A DNA stretch of 64,000 nt from Candidatus Latescibacterota bacterium (lineage in GTDB: Bacteria; JAAXHH01), in contig JAJEHX010000042.1 in NCBI GenBank assembly GCA_022823465.1, positions 18,047 to 82,046 of the forward strand, read 5' to 3'. The notes beneath the pieces are model-generated. The model saw only the letters and a program-made list of their open reading frames with translations. It made no database searches and had not been told where the DNA came from. The position numbers and the translations under genes were made by a program. Of this stretch, positions 18,399 through 28,582 are shown one piece after another (the stretch's first letter is position 1; each line of letters begins with the position of its first letter).

Positions 18399-19769
18399 AT
18401 GGATGACAGCACATTCAAAGCGCACCGGAAGACTCAGCCACGGGCTGTCGACCTGTATTCGCGCGCGCTGGAATCGCTGGCCGGCGGGGTGGGTCACGAC
18501 CTCCGCAGGGGACACCCGCTGCCGCTGTATATGTCCCGCGCGGCTGGCTCCCGTAAGTGGGACGAAGACGGCCGGGAATACATCGACTACGGCATGGGCA
18601 ACGCCGCGCTCCTGCTGGGGCACGCGCCGCCGGAGGTATGCCGCGCCATGCACGACGCCCTCGATCTCGGCTTCCATTTCGGCAACGACCACCCGATGCA
18701 GCTGGAATGGGCCGAACTGATCCAGGAACTGGTCCCCTGCGCCGAACGCGTACGCTTCGTGAACTCGGGATCCGAGGGAAGCATGCTCGCCCTCCGCGTA
18801 GCCAGGGCCTTCACCGGCAAGACCAAAGTGCTACGCTTCGAGGGGCACTTCAGCGGTTGGCATGACGGCGTGGGCAAGGGGGCCATGGTCCCCTTTGACG
18901 AACCGGTCTCGGCGGGCATCCCCCCGGCCGTTCTCGATACGATCGAAGTCATCCCGGCGGACCTCGACCGCGTCGCCGACCTATTGGAGAAAGACCGGGA
19001 CATCGCCGCCGTCATGCTGGAGCCGTCCGGCGCTTCCTGGGGTACCGGACCCCTGTCCGTGGAGTTCAATGAGAAACTCCGCGATCTGACCCGGGCAGCC
19101 GGCGTGCTCCTGGTCTACGATGAGGTCATTACCGGTTTCCGATACGCCCCCGGGGGCTACCAGGAATACTCGGGGATCACGCCGGACATGAGTTTCCACG
19201 GCAAGATCGTGGCCGGCGGCATGCCCGGGGGCGTGGTCACGGGCCGCGCCGACATCATGGAAGTATTCGACTACACCGGTGACGCGCATCGGGACCGGTA
19301 CGAACGGGTGCATCATCTGGGTACTTTCAATGCCAACCCGGTCTCCACCGCGGCCGGTATCGCCACCCTGAAGCGCGTAGCGACCGGTCTTCCCCACGAA
19401 CGGGCAAACCAACTGGCCGGCCGCCTCCGTCAGGGCATGGATGACATCCTTCGGGAGGAAGGCGTGGCGGGTTATGTCTACGGGGACGTATCTATTTTCC
19501 ACGTATACCTGGAGGCCTTTCCCGGAAGCGGCGCCTCCGTCCGGGAGCAACTGGTGACCCGTGACGTGAACGTCCTGAAGGGGATCCCGGCGCCTCTCGT
19601 CGCCGCCTTCCAGAAGATGCTGCTCGCCCGGGGCATCGACCTGGTCTCCTACACGGGCGGCGTGACCTCCTCCGCCCATACCGACGAGGATATCGCGTTG
19701 ACGCTGGAAGCCTTCGGAGAGGTCATACGGTCCCTGGTCCGGGAGCACATGATCGCGACACTGAAGTAA
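18399..19769 (+). CDS. Class-III PLP aminotransferase (glutamate-1-semialdehyde aminomutase-like)
   Basis: 456 aa. ITGFRYAPGGYQEYSGITPDMSFHGKIVAGGMPGG contains the PLP-lysine region typical of AT-III/GSA-aminomutase-like enzymes. Confidence 0.8.
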   Translation: MDDSTFKAHRKTQPRAVDLYSRALESLAGGVGHDLRRGHPLPLYMSRAAGSRKWDEDGREYIDYGMGNAALLLGHAPPEVCRAMHDALDLGFHFGNDHPMQLEWAELIQELVPCAERVRFVNSGSEGSMLALRVARAFTGKTKVLRFEGHFSGWHDGVGKGAMVPFDEPVSAGIPPAVLDTIEVIPADLDRVADLLEKDRDIAAVMLEPSGASWGTGPLSVEFNEKLRDLTRAAGVLLVYDEVITGFRYAPGGYQEYSGITPDMSFHGKIVAGGMPGGVVTGRADIMEVFDYTGDAHRDRYERVHHLGTFNANPVSTAAGIATLKRVATGLPHERANQLAGRLRQGMDDILREEGVAGYVYGDVSIFHVYLEAFPGSGASVREQLVTRDVNVLKGIPAPLVAAFQKMLLARGIDLVSYTGGVTSSAHTDEDIALTLEAFGEVIRSLVREHMIATLK

Positions 19770-19897
19770 GGGATACCGGGCTGTGACCATGTAGCAACAC
19801 GAAGCCAGGCGGTGAGGATTCCGCGTGAACATAAATGCGACCATGCGACGCACCACCGGGTAATCTCATTCACTAACACAAGGGAGCGATAGGTTCC

Positions 19898-20998
19898 ATG
19901 AAACTGACTCTGACTTCGCCGCGATCCAGAAAAGAACAACTGGCCGTCATCCCGGCGCCGGACGGTAACAACGCGCCGGTGCTTCGTCTTTCGAGAAGCG
20001 GCGGCGAGACCCTTCTGGCCGAGCGGGATCCCCTGTCGCCTGCCTATCACGCCATCCTGCCGTCCATGAAAGCAGGCGAGGATTCAACCTGGGATGCCAC
20101 CGCCGCCGATGATGCCGCGCTGAGCTGCGGCATTGGACATGAATGCCGCGAAGACCGGGTGGAAGTGTCTCTGGGCGGAGCGCCGTTCATGACCTTCCAT
20201 CACGGTACGGGATATCCCAAGCCCTTCATCAATCCCATTTTGACGCCCGGCGGTGTCAACATGCTCAGGGAGCCCCTGCCGGCTTACAGCGAGGGAGAGC
20301 ATCCCTGGCAACGGGGACTTACCCTGATGCAAGGCGCCATCAACGGGGTGGATTGCTGGGGAGAATTCGACCGGCCCGGGTTCGGACGGACCGTCCAGGA
20401 TGAGATGGCCGTGGAGCAGGGCCCACTGTCGCTCGCCATCGCCTCGCGCAACACCTGGTACGAGGGAGATCGCCCCCTCATGTCCGACCGCCGGCAGTAC
20501 CGCCTCTTCGACACCGGCCGGGACGCCGTCATACTGGACATCCTCTTTACCCTGGTCGCCAGCCACGGTCCCGTGACGATAGGTTCCACGAAAGAAGGCG
20601 GGTTCCTGAGCATCCGTGTCAACCCTTCCATGAACGCCTCGGGCGACGGCCGGATGTGGAACGCCTACGGCGCCGGCGACGAGACCGGGTGCTGGTCGCG
20701 GCGGGCCCACTGGATGGACTACTGCGGACCCGTTGGCGGCGAGACCGCGGGATTCGCCGTCTTCGACCATCCGGACAATCCCCGCTACCCCACGGCCTGG
20801 CACGTACGAGGGTACGGTCTGTTCGCCGCGAACTGCTGGATGATCTGGGACGACTACCACTGCGCCGCGGACACGGAGACCACTTTCCGGTGGCGCGTCG
20901 TGATACACTCGGGCGATACGCGGGGGGCGGCCATCGCCGACCGCTTCCTGGATTACGTGGACGGACCACGGGCGGTATGGAACCAGGGTTTGGCTTGA
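19898..20998 (+). CDS. PmoA-family (DUF6807-like) protein
   Basis: ATG with AAGGGAG RBS. Composition and motifs resemble the 'PmoA-like' family that commonly co-occurs with Gfo/Idh/MocA oxidoreductases. No independent motif proof. Confidence 0.5.
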   Translation: MKLTLTSPRSRKEQLAVIPAPDGNNAPVLRLSRSGGETLLAERDPLSPAYHAILPSMKAGEDSTWDATAADDAALSCGIGHECREDRVEVSLGGAPFMTFHHGTGYPKPFINPILTPGGVNMLREPLPAYSEGEHPWQRGLTLMQGAINGVDCWGEFDRPGFGRTVQDEMAVEQGPLSLAIASRNTWYEGDRPLMSDRRQYRLFDTGRDAVILDILFTLVASHGPVTIGSTKEGGFLSIRVNPSMNASGDGRMWNAYGAGDETGCWSRRAHWMDYCGPVGGETAGFAVFDHPDNPRYPTAWHVRGYGLFAANCWMIWDDYHCAADTETTFRWRVVIHSGDTRGAAIADRFLDYVDGPRAVWNQGLA

Positions 20999-21241
20999 TG
21001 GGGCGCTAAGCCGGTGAACCTGAGTCGTCATCCGGGTAGCCCCGGACCATCCACCGTCCCGGTCTGAGAGGGGACGTGCCGTGCTGTTCAGGCGGTACAG
21101 ACCCCTTTTCCACGGATGTACCGGATATACCCGGTGAAAAACCTTCGTATAGATCGAGAAAATCACAAGAACGTCGACTAATGGTGGCAGAATACGTTCG
21201 TGGTCTGAAGAGATATCTACCATCTGCCGCAGGAGGCGTCT

Positions 21242-21604
21242 ATGTCGATCAACGAAGAGTTAACCAACAGATTCGATGCCCTGGAGAAAAACTTGACCAA
21301 GAGGGCCGATCTCTTTGAGAAAGATATGACCGACAGATTCAACGTCTTTGAGAAAAACATGATCAAGAGGTTGAATGTCTTTGAAGAGGAGATGATCAAA
21401 AGATTCAATGTCTTTGGAAGGGAAGTTACGAGAAAAATCAGTGAACTGCACAGGTGCGTAGATCGGCGGTTCGAAGCCATTGACCGGCGGTTCGACAAAG
21501 TAGACCAGCGATTGGGCCGGATAGAAACCGACATGGCGGAGATCAAGGATCTTCTGATCAACGGACGAGGAAAGTCGCATTTCGAGTCGACCGAAAAGCG
21601 TTAG
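21242..21604 (+). CDS. Small repeat protein made of tandem 11-residue (hendecad) units
   Basis: Strong AGGAGG RBS. At least 5 perfect-spaced 11-aa repeats (TNRFDALEKNL/TKRADLFEKDM/TDRFNVFEKNM/IKRLNVFEEEM/IKRFNVFGREV), followed by degenerate copies. Confidence 0.6.
   Translation: MSINEELTNRFDALEKNLTKRADLFEKDMTDRFNVFEKNMIKRLNVFEEEMIKRFNVFGREVTRKISELHRCVDRRFEAIDRRFDKVDQRLGRIETDMAEIKDLLINGRGKSHFESTEKR
21263..21427 (+). repeat. 5 x 33-bp tandem coding repeats inside the 120-aa ORF
   Basis: accaacagattcgatgccctggagaaaaacttg / accaagagggccgatctctttgagaaagatatg / accgacagattcaacgtctttgagaaaaacatg / …. Confidence 0.7.
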
Positions 21605-21795
21605 CGGAGATCCCGACTGTCGGTTAAACTTCTTGATAGCCTTTCCAATCTTCCTGTATCTTGTCAGGCTGTATCTTGTCGGGCAGTGACCCGCTGAAAC
21701 GGCCTTACGCGCCGAGGTCCGCTGGATCGTGTAGTCACCGGGAATCGATATCGCATGGGAAGTGAAATCGAATCCCATCTACCAAGGATGTGAAA

Positions 21796-22800
21796 ATGGC
21801 AGACGAACCGCGGCAGGACGATCTGAAAATCGTGGAGGAGCTGAAAGAAGCGGGCGAACGCATACGGAAGGAGATATCGAAGGTCATCATCGGTCAGCAG
21901 GACGTGATCCAGCAACTCCTGACTGTCCTCCTGGCCAACGGTCACGCCCTGTTGATCGGCGTACCGGGGCTGGCCAAGACACTGCTGATCAACACGCTTT
22001 CAAACACGCTCGATCTCAAGTTCAGCCGCATACAGTTCACGCCCGACCTGATGCCGTCCGACATCACGGGAACGGAGATCCTGGAAGAGGACCGTACGAC
22101 CGGCCACCGGGAGTTCAAGTTCATCCGCGGACCGATATTCGCAAACGTGATCCTGGCCGACGAGGTCAACCGCACGCCGCCCAAAACCCAGGCGGCCCTG
22201 TTGCAGGCGATGCAGGAACACGAAGTGACGGCCGCGGGGGAATCCATGAAACTCGACGAGCCGTTTTTCGTCCTGGCAACGCAGAATCCCATTGAACAGG
22301 AAGGTACCTATCCCCTGCCCGAGGCCCAGTTGGACCGCTTCATGTTCAGTATATACATGGATTATCCGTCCCGCAGCGAGGAGATCGAGATCGCCCGGAG
22401 TACGACGAGCGTTCAGGAGGCGGTGCCGGAGCATATTCTGACCGGGGGCGACGTAAAGAAACTGCAACAACTGGTCCGACGAGTGCCCGTGGCGGACCAT
22501 GTCGTCGAATACGCGGTCTCACTGGCGCGCATGACCCGTCCGATGGAGCCGGACGCCCCGACGTTCATCCGGGACAGGGTCAGTTGGGGCGCCGGACCTC
22601 GGGCTTCCCAATACCTGATTCTGGGCGCAAAGGCCCGGGCGGTGCTCATGGGAAGCTATACGCCTACGCCGGAAGACGTGCGCTCGCTGGCTCTGCCGGT
22701 GCTGAGACACCGCATAGTGACCAATTTCAACGCCGACGCGGACGGCGTCACCGCCGATGACATCATCACGCAGTTGATAGATGAAATGAAAGCGCCCTAG
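21796..22800 (+). CDS. MoxR-family AAA+ ATPase
   Basis: GVPGLAKT Walker A, DEVNR Walker B, and the MoxR-specific C-terminal region. GTG at 21790 is an alternative start. Confidence 0.85.
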   Translation: MADEPRQDDLKIVEELKEAGERIRKEISKVIIGQQDVIQQLLTVLLANGHALLIGVPGLAKTLLINTLSNTLDLKFSRIQFTPDLMPSDITGTEILEEDRTTGHREFKFIRGPIFANVILADEVNRTPPKTQAALLQAMQEHEVTAAGESMKLDEPFFVLATQNPIEQEGTYPLPEAQLDRFMFSIYMDYPSRSEEIEIARSTTSVQEAVPEHILTGGDVKKLQQLVRRVPVADHVVEYAVSLARMTRPMEPDAPTFIRDRVSWGAGPRASQYLILGAKARAVLMGSYTPTPEDVRSLALPVLRHRIVTNFNADADGVTADDIITQLIDEMKAP

Positions 22801-22825
22801 CCTTCTTCACGCTTCGCGGCAATCC

Positions 22826-23725
22826 ATGAACACGCCCGACTATCGCAAGTACCTCGATCCAATAACCGTGTCCCGGCTCGCCCGGCTGGACCTCAAGGCG
22901 CGGCTGGTCGTGGAAGGGTTCATCGCCGGACTGCACAACAGTCCCTACCATGGGTTCAGCGTCGAGTACGCAGAACACCGGCAATACATGCCGGGCGATC
23001 CCATCAAGCATATCGACTGGAAGGTCTTCGCCAAGTCCGACAGGTTCTATATCAAGGAATACGAAGAAGAAACCAATCTGAAGTCCTATATCTTCCTGGA
23101 CGTCAGCGCGTCAATGGAATACGCGTCTAATGGCATAAGCAAGCTGGAATACGGCAGGTATCTGGCGGCCGCCCTGACCTACCTCATGCTGAGCCAGCAG
23201 GACTCCGTCGGCCTGGTGCTGTACGACGAGCGCATACGGCAATACGTTCCACCACGGTCGATCCGCAACCACCTGCACGCCATTCTACAGCGGCTGCACG
23301 CCGCGACGCCCGGGTCCGGAACGCGAAGCCGGGCGACGTTTCACTCGCTTGCGGAACGGATCAAGCGGCGCGGGCTGATCATCATCATTTCCGACCTGTT
23401 CGACGACCCGGAGGACATCGTCGACAGCATCCGGCATTTCCGCCACCGGAAACATGAAGTGATCGTATTTCGCCTGCTCGATCCCGCCGAGAGGGACTTT
23501 TCCTTTCGGCACCCCGTCCGTTTCCGCGACATGGAGACCGGGGAAGAGGTATACACCCACCCGCACGTTATCCGAGAAGCGTACTTGGGCGACCTGGAGG
23601 AACAGGACGCGTTGTATTCCCGCGTCTGCCGGGAGAACGCGGCGGACTATCTCAGCCTGGACACAGGTACGCCCTTCGACCAGGCCCTGTTGACCTTCCT
23701 CGCCAAACGCGCCCACCTGGGCTGA
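22826..23725 (+). CDS. DUF58 domain protein (MoxR partner)
   Basis: …FSVEYAEHRQYMPGDPIKHIDWKVFAKSDRFYIKEYEEE… is the canonical DUF58 core. Immediately downstream of moxR. Confidence 0.8.
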   Translation: MNTPDYRKYLDPITVSRLARLDLKARLVVEGFIAGLHNSPYHGFSVEYAEHRQYMPGDPIKHIDWKVFAKSDRFYIKEYEEETNLKSYIFLDVSASMEYASNGISKLEYGRYLAAALTYLMLSQQDSVGLVLYDERIRQYVPPRSIRNHLHAILQRLHAATPGSGTRSRATFHSLAERIKRRGLIIIISDLFDDPEDIVDSIRHFRHRKHEVIVFRLLDPAERDFSFRHPVRFRDMETGEEVYTHPHVIREAYLGDLEEQDALYSRVCRENAADYLSLDTGTPFDQALLTFLAKRAHLG

Positions 23726-23764
23726 CGGCGGCGCCCACCTGGACTGGCGCGCAACGATCGCCGG

Positions 23765-24865
23765 TCAAACGATCGCCACCTCATCGTCTCTGGAGAAGAA
23801 GTGCGCCCTGGCCATGTTCACGAGGAGCGGCATTTCCGTATTTATACCGGGGTCCACGAAGGCATCCACCCTGGCGATGAACGGATACCGGCCGGTGGTC
23901 ATGTACAGGAAGGTTTCGCTTCCCATGGGTTCCACCACCTCGACGGTCGCCTTGATCTGACGAGCTTCTTTCCAGTCCTTGTTCGCATCCGTGGAAGTGA
24001 TGTCCTCCGGCCGGATGCCGAACGTGACCTCCCTGTCCCGCCAGGGCGCCAGGGCGTCCCGCATATGGTCCGGGATGGGGAGACGAAGGTTGCCTTCGTC
24101 GAACTCCGCATGCCCGTTGTCGAATACGACCCTGCCCTCCAGGAAGTTCATACCCGGACTGCCGATGAAACCCGCGACGAACCGGTTCGCCGGTCTTTCG
24201 TAAAGCTCGAGGGGGGCGGCGACCTGCTGGACCTCGCCGTCTTTCATCACGGCGATGCGGTCGCCCATGGTCATGGCTTCGACCTGGTCGTGGGTGACGT
24301 AGACGATGGTCGCTTCGAGGCTGTTGTGCAGCTTGCTGATCTCCGTCCGCATCTGCACGCGCAACTTGGCGTCGAGGTTCGAAAGGGGTTCGTCGAAGAG
24401 AAATACCTTGGGTTTGCGCACGATGGCGCGGCCCACCGCCACGCGCTGCCGTTCGCCGCCCGAGAGCGCCTTCGGCTTGCGGGCGAGTAGATGGCCGATG
24501 CCCAGGATGCCCGCGGTCTCGTTGACCCGCGCCTCGATCTCGGAGCGGGGATACTTGCGCAGCTTGAGCCCGAAGGCCATGTTCTCGTATACCGTCATGT
24601 GGGGGTACAGCGCGTAGTTCTGGAATACCATGGCGATGTCCCGGTCCTTCGGCGGGACGTCGTTCACGCGCTTCCCATCGATGTGGATCTCGCCGGAAGT
24701 CACTTCTTCCAGGCCGGCGATCATGCGCAGCGTGGTGGACTTCCCGCAACCTGAAGGTCCGACGAGCACGACGAACTCCCGGTCCCTGATTTCCAGGTTG
24801 ACGTTGCGGACAACCGTGTTCTTGTCGAACTGCTTATCGACGTCCTTCAGGACCACATCCGCCAT
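23765..24865 (-). CDS. ABC transporter ATP-binding protein, MalK/UgpC/MsiK-type (sugar importer ATPase)
   Basis: GPSGCGKST Walker A, LSGGERQRVAVGRA signature, Walker B/H-loop. C-terminal MalK-like regulatory (TOBE) domain. No adjacent permease or SBP genes. Confidence 0.85.
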   Translation of the reverse strand: MADVVLKDVDKQFDKNTVVRNVNLEIRDREFVVLVGPSGCGKSTTLRMIAGLEEVTSGEIHIDGKRVNDVPPKDRDIAMVFQNYALYPHMTVYENMAFGLKLRKYPRSEIEARVNETAGILGIGHLLARKPKALSGGERQRVAVGRAIVRKPKVFLFDEPLSNLDAKLRVQMRTEISKLHNSLEATIVYVTHDQVEAMTMGDRIAVMKDGEVQQVAAPLELYERPANRFVAGFIGSPGMNFLEGRVVFDNGHAEFDEGNLRLPIPDHMRDALAPWRDREVTFGIRPEDITSTDANKDWKEARQIKATVEVVEPMGSETFLYMTTGRYPFIARVDAFVDPGINTEMPLLVNMARAHFFSRDDEVAIV

Positions 24866-25169
24866 GGCGGTATTCCTCCAGGAACTTTCCGATAGGCCGG
24901 TGAGACTCCCGTATTTTGCGGCATGGGGTCGCTTTTGTCAATACAATATCCCTTACCGGGGCGGTGTGCCGCGGCGGTCGCCCGGGCGTATCGCCGGCCT
25001 GCTTTCCGGGCGTGTCGCCGGTCTGCTTCTCGGGCGCGGTATCTTCGCGGTTTTGGTTGACTTCGGCCCGCGCATCCGTTAACTTGTCTGCTCATTTTAT
25101 TAAACAATCCAGATGCCCGCCGCATCGGGTAATTGCTCAGATCAACCAGACTGCCGGGAGGAGTAAAAC

Positions 25170-26117
25170 ATGCCGCTCATCGTCGAACTGGACCGCATCA
25201 AGGAAGCCGTTGCCGGCATTGACGTCATTCAGGACATCGAAGACGGTTTCGTGGCTTATTCGCAGGGTAAGGTGCAGGTGCCCCCCGTTGGCGAAATGCA
25301 CTTCGAGGATCCCCCTGGAAACGTCCATATCAAGTACGGCGCCATCAACGAGGACGACTACTACGTCATCAAGCTGGCGTCCGGGTTCAGCGACAATCCG
25401 AACGTCGGCCTCCCCCGCGTCCAGGGCATGATGCTGATCTTCAACCAGAAAACGGGGCAGCCTGTGGCGTTCCTGCTCGACCAGGGCTACCTCACCAACG
25501 TGCGCACGGCCGCCATGGGGCCCGTCGTGGCCAAGGTCCTCGCCCCGAAGAACGTCGATCGAATCGGGGTATTCGGCACGGGGCTGCAGGCGCGCATGCA
25601 GGTCGAGTACCTGAAGGGCGTCGTCGACTGCACCGACATAATCGCCTGGGGCCGCTCGGCCGAGAGCAAGGCGTCCTACAAAAGCGAAATGGAAGCCCAG
25701 GGATACTCCGTCGAGGTAACGGATGATGCCGGCGCCGTGGCAGCGACAAGCAATCTCATCATCATGTCCACGCCGTCCCTGTCTCCCCTGCTGACCGCCG
25801 ACCAGGTACGCCCCGGCACCCACATCACCGCAATGGGCTCGGACACGCCCGACAAGATCGAACTCGATCCCGGCGTCCTCGCGAAAGCCGACGTGGTCGT
25901 GGCGGACAGCATCCCACAGTGCAGGCTGCGGGGCGAGATCGCACAGGCGATGAAGGCGGGCGCCATATCAGAAGACAAGGTGGTCGAGCTCGGAAACGTG
26001 ATCCAGAATCCGTCCCTGGGCCGCACATCCGACGATCAGATCACGATCGCCGATTCGACGGGCGTCGCCGTGCAGGACATCCAGATATCCAAGGCCGTAT
26101 ACCACGCCGTAAAGTAG
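25170..26117 (+). CDS. Ornithine cyclodeaminase / mu-crystallin family enzyme
   Basis: GGGAGGAG RBS. Rossmann GVFGTGLQA motif and OCD-family architecture. Confidence 0.8.
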   Translation: MPLIVELDRIKEAVAGIDVIQDIEDGFVAYSQGKVQVPPVGEMHFEDPPGNVHIKYGAINEDDYYVIKLASGFSDNPNVGLPRVQGMMLIFNQKTGQPVAFLLDQGYLTNVRTAAMGPVVAKVLAPKNVDRIGVFGTGLQARMQVEYLKGVVDCTDIIAWGRSAESKASYKSEMEAQGYSVEVTDDAGAVAATSNLIIMSTPSLSPLLTADQVRPGTHITAMGSDTPDKIELDPGVLAKADVVVADSIPQCRLRGEIAQAMKAGAISEDKVVELGNVIQNPSLGRTSDDQITIADSTGVAVQDIQISKAVYHAVK

Positions 26118-26233
26118 CACAGCGGCCGGATTGGCCGGGCTGTCGGCATGGGCGGAATGCACTGCACTGCGGCATGAAATGCCAGGCCATGCTGGCCAGC
26201 ATGGCCTGGCGCATATAACCTGAGGAGAAGCAC

Positions 26234-27412
26234 ATGGCAACGTCCTTCCAGACTTTCGAATTGGAACGGATCATGTCGGACTGGGAACAGGTCGTCGAGT
26301 ACAACCTGTCCGAAAGCGGCGCTCACCCGGTGAGCGTCAGGGAACTGATCGAACACGACCCTGATATCCTGGACCGCATGCTCGAGACCGAACTGGGCTA
26401 CGGATACGCGAACGGTTCGCCTGAACTCAGGGAGGCCATCGCCCAGTACTATCCCGGCGCGACCGCCGACAACGTACTGGTGACCGTCGGCTGCATCGAG
26501 GCCAATTTCATCACGTTCCAGACTTTGCTGGATGAAGGTGACGAGGTGGCTGTCCAGGTACCCTGCTATCTCCAGAGCTGGGGACTCGCCCACAACATGG
26601 GCGCCGTCCGCCGGACGTTCAGCCTCGATCCCGACCGCGGTTGGGCACTCGACACCGACAGCCTGGACGCCGCAGTGACGGATGAAACAAAGCTGATCTC
26701 CATCTGCAATCCGAACAACCCGACAGGTCAGATTCTGACGGAATCCGAGATGGACGCCGTGGTCCGCGTGGCGGAACGCAGCGGCGCCTACCTGCTCGCC
26801 GACGAGATCTACGCCGGATCCGAACGGGAACGCGAAGAGGTATCGCCCACTTTCTACGGCCGGTACGACCGGGTAATCTCGGCGGGGAGCATGTCCAAGT
26901 CCTTTGCCATGCCCGGCCTGAGGATCGGCTGGATCGTGGGTCCCGAAGACCTGATCAGGAAACTCTGGATGCGCCACGAATACCTGGCGCTGAGCACCGC
27001 CAAACTGTCCAACCACTTCCTCGCGCCACTGGCGCTGCGCCCGGACGTTCGGAAGGCCATCTTCGACAGGACGCGGGGCTACGTCCGCCGTGGATGGGAA
27101 AACTACCAGGGCTGGATCAGCGACAACGCGGACATCCTGAGTCTCGTGCCGCCCCAGGCGACCGCCGTATCCTTCGTCCGGTACGATCTGAAGGCGGATT
27201 CCGCGACCCTGGCGAACCGGATGATCCGGGAGAAATCGGTGCTCATCGGTCCCGGCGACTACTTCGGCGTGCCCAACCATCTCCGCATCAGTTACGGCCT
27301 GCCGCCCGAATACCTGAACGAGGGGCTCCGCCGTATCGCCGATCTGCTCCGCCAGGTGGCCGAGGAAGAGGCCGCGGGGTCGGAAACCGAGCGCGGCGCG
27401 GCCGCCGGCTGA
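26234..27412 (+). CDS. Class-I/II PLP-dependent aminotransferase
   Basis: NPNNPTG motif and SMSKSFAMPGLRIGW (PLP-lysine region). Confidence 0.8.
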   Translation: MATSFQTFELERIMSDWEQVVEYNLSESGAHPVSVRELIEHDPDILDRMLETELGYGYANGSPELREAIAQYYPGATADNVLVTVGCIEANFITFQTLLDEGDEVAVQVPCYLQSWGLAHNMGAVRRTFSLDPDRGWALDTDSLDAAVTDETKLISICNPNNPTGQILTESEMDAVVRVAERSGAYLLADEIYAGSEREREEVSPTFYGRYDRVISAGSMSKSFAMPGLRIGWIVGPEDLIRKLWMRHEYLALSTAKLSNHFLAPLALRPDVRKAIFDRTRGYVRRGWENYQGWISDNADILSLVPPQATAVSFVRYDLKADSATLANRMIREKSVLIGPGDYFGVPNHLRISYGLPPEYLNEGLRRIADLLRQVAEEEAAGSETERGAAAG

Positions 27413-27430
27413 TCATGGGAAGGGCCTGCC

Positions 27431-28582
27431 ATGCCACAGTCCCTCGATCCGCTGGTACCGGTCGATGAGTTCCCCGTAGCGCGAACCTGCACGTACATCA
27501 ACGCGGCCAACGTGACGCCCATGTACCGTCCGGCGGCCGCGGCGATCACCGATTGGTACCGGGACGTCGCCGAGAACGGCAGCAACCACTTCGACGAAGA
27601 AGCCGAAGCCACGGTTTTCGATGAACTCCACCGGCAGGCGGGCCGTCTCTTCAACACGTCCCCATCTGACATCGCCGCCGGTTCCAGTACCACGGAACTC
27701 CTGAGTTCCCTTGCCTGGGCGGTCATGCCCGGCCCGGAAACCAACGTCGTCAGCACCGACGTTTCCTTTCCCGCCTCGGTCTACCCCTGGCGACGCGTCG
27801 CAAACCACACGGGCTGCGAGATTCGGCTGGCCCACGCGCAGGGCGACACCGTAGATCCCAATCGCGTAAGAGAGCTCGTGGATGATAACACCGCCGTAGT
27901 GGCCCTGTCCCACGTCGAATTCCGCAGTGGGCAACGCTGGGATCTCGGTGCCTTCGCGGACATCGCGCACCGCCACGGCGCCCTGCTCGTCGTGGACGCT
28001 ACGCAGTCGGCGGGCGCCGTCCCTATCGACGCGCCCGGCATGGGTGTGGACGCCGTGGCCGCCGGGGCCTACAAGTGGCTGTGCGGCCCGTTCGGGGTGG
28101 CCGTCATGTACGTTGCACCACACATCGCCACGAGCCTCGAACCCGGCCTGGTGGGCTTCCGAAGCCAGGTGGACATCTGGGACATCCGGACCGATCCGCC
28201 GGACTACCCGGAGGACGCGTCCCGGTTCGAGTTCAGCACCATGGCCTACGGATGCGCCGGAGGCTTCGCGAAGTCGATTGAATTCCTCGTCGATACGGGT
28301 ATCGACCGGATCTTCGCCTATAACCAGGTCCTGGCCGACCATATCATCGACGGCCTGGCGTCGATCGGCGCCGAGGTCACCTCCCCCCGGGACGCCGCTG
28401 AACGCTCGGCCATCGTCACCGCCCGCTTTCCGGGCCGCGACATCTCCGAAGTGGAACGGCACCTGAAGCAAGCCGGCGTCATGGTGGCGTTGCGTGGGAA
28501 CGCGATCCGCTTCTCGCCCCACCTGTACAATCGGATGGACGACGTAGAACGGGCTCTTGAAGTTATATCGGCCATGGGTTGA
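27431..28582 (+). CDS. Class-V aminotransferase / cysteine desulfurase-like PLP enzyme
   Basis: AT-V fold with GAYKWLCGPFG (PLP-Lys region) and HVEFRSGQ motif. Confidence 0.8.
   Translation: MPQSLDPLVPVDEFPVARTCTYINAANVTPMYRPAAAAITDWYRDVAENGSNHFDEEAEATVFDELHRQAGRLFNTSPSDIAAGSSTTELLSSLAWAVMPGPETNVVSTDVSFPASVYPWRRVANHTGCEIRLAHAQGDTVDPNRVRELVDDNTAVVALSHVEFRSGQRWDLGAFADIAHRHGALLVVDATQSAGAVPIDAPGMGVDAVAAGAYKWLCGPFGVAVMYVAPHIATSLEPGLVGFRSQVDIWDIRTDPPDYPEDASRFEFSTMAYGCAGGFAKSIEFLVDTGIDRIFAYNQVLADHIIDGLASIGAEVTSPRDAAERSAIVTARFPGRDISEVERHLKQAGVMVALRGNAIRFSPHLYNRMDDVERALEVISAMG

Noticed and set aside
20084-21223. 379-aa minus-strand ORF antisense to the PmoA-family gene
   Set aside because: It is fully contained in, and antisense to, a gene with a good RBS and coherent motifs. 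Long antisense ORFs are expected at about 68% GC. Its translation is low-complexity, Arg/Gly/Pro-rich.
21263-21427. Possible CRISPR array (regular 33-bp periodicity)
   Set aside because: The units are contiguous with no spacers. They keep an open reading frame encoding an 11-residue repeat. A strong RBS and ATG precede them. No cas genes were identified in the window. This is a coding tandem repeat, not CRISPR.
23781-24749. 322-aa alternative-frame ORF inside the ABC ATPase gene
   Set aside because: Same-strand frameshifted ORF with an Arg/Gly/Pro-rich translation. The in-frame ATPase has intact Walker A/B and signature motifs.
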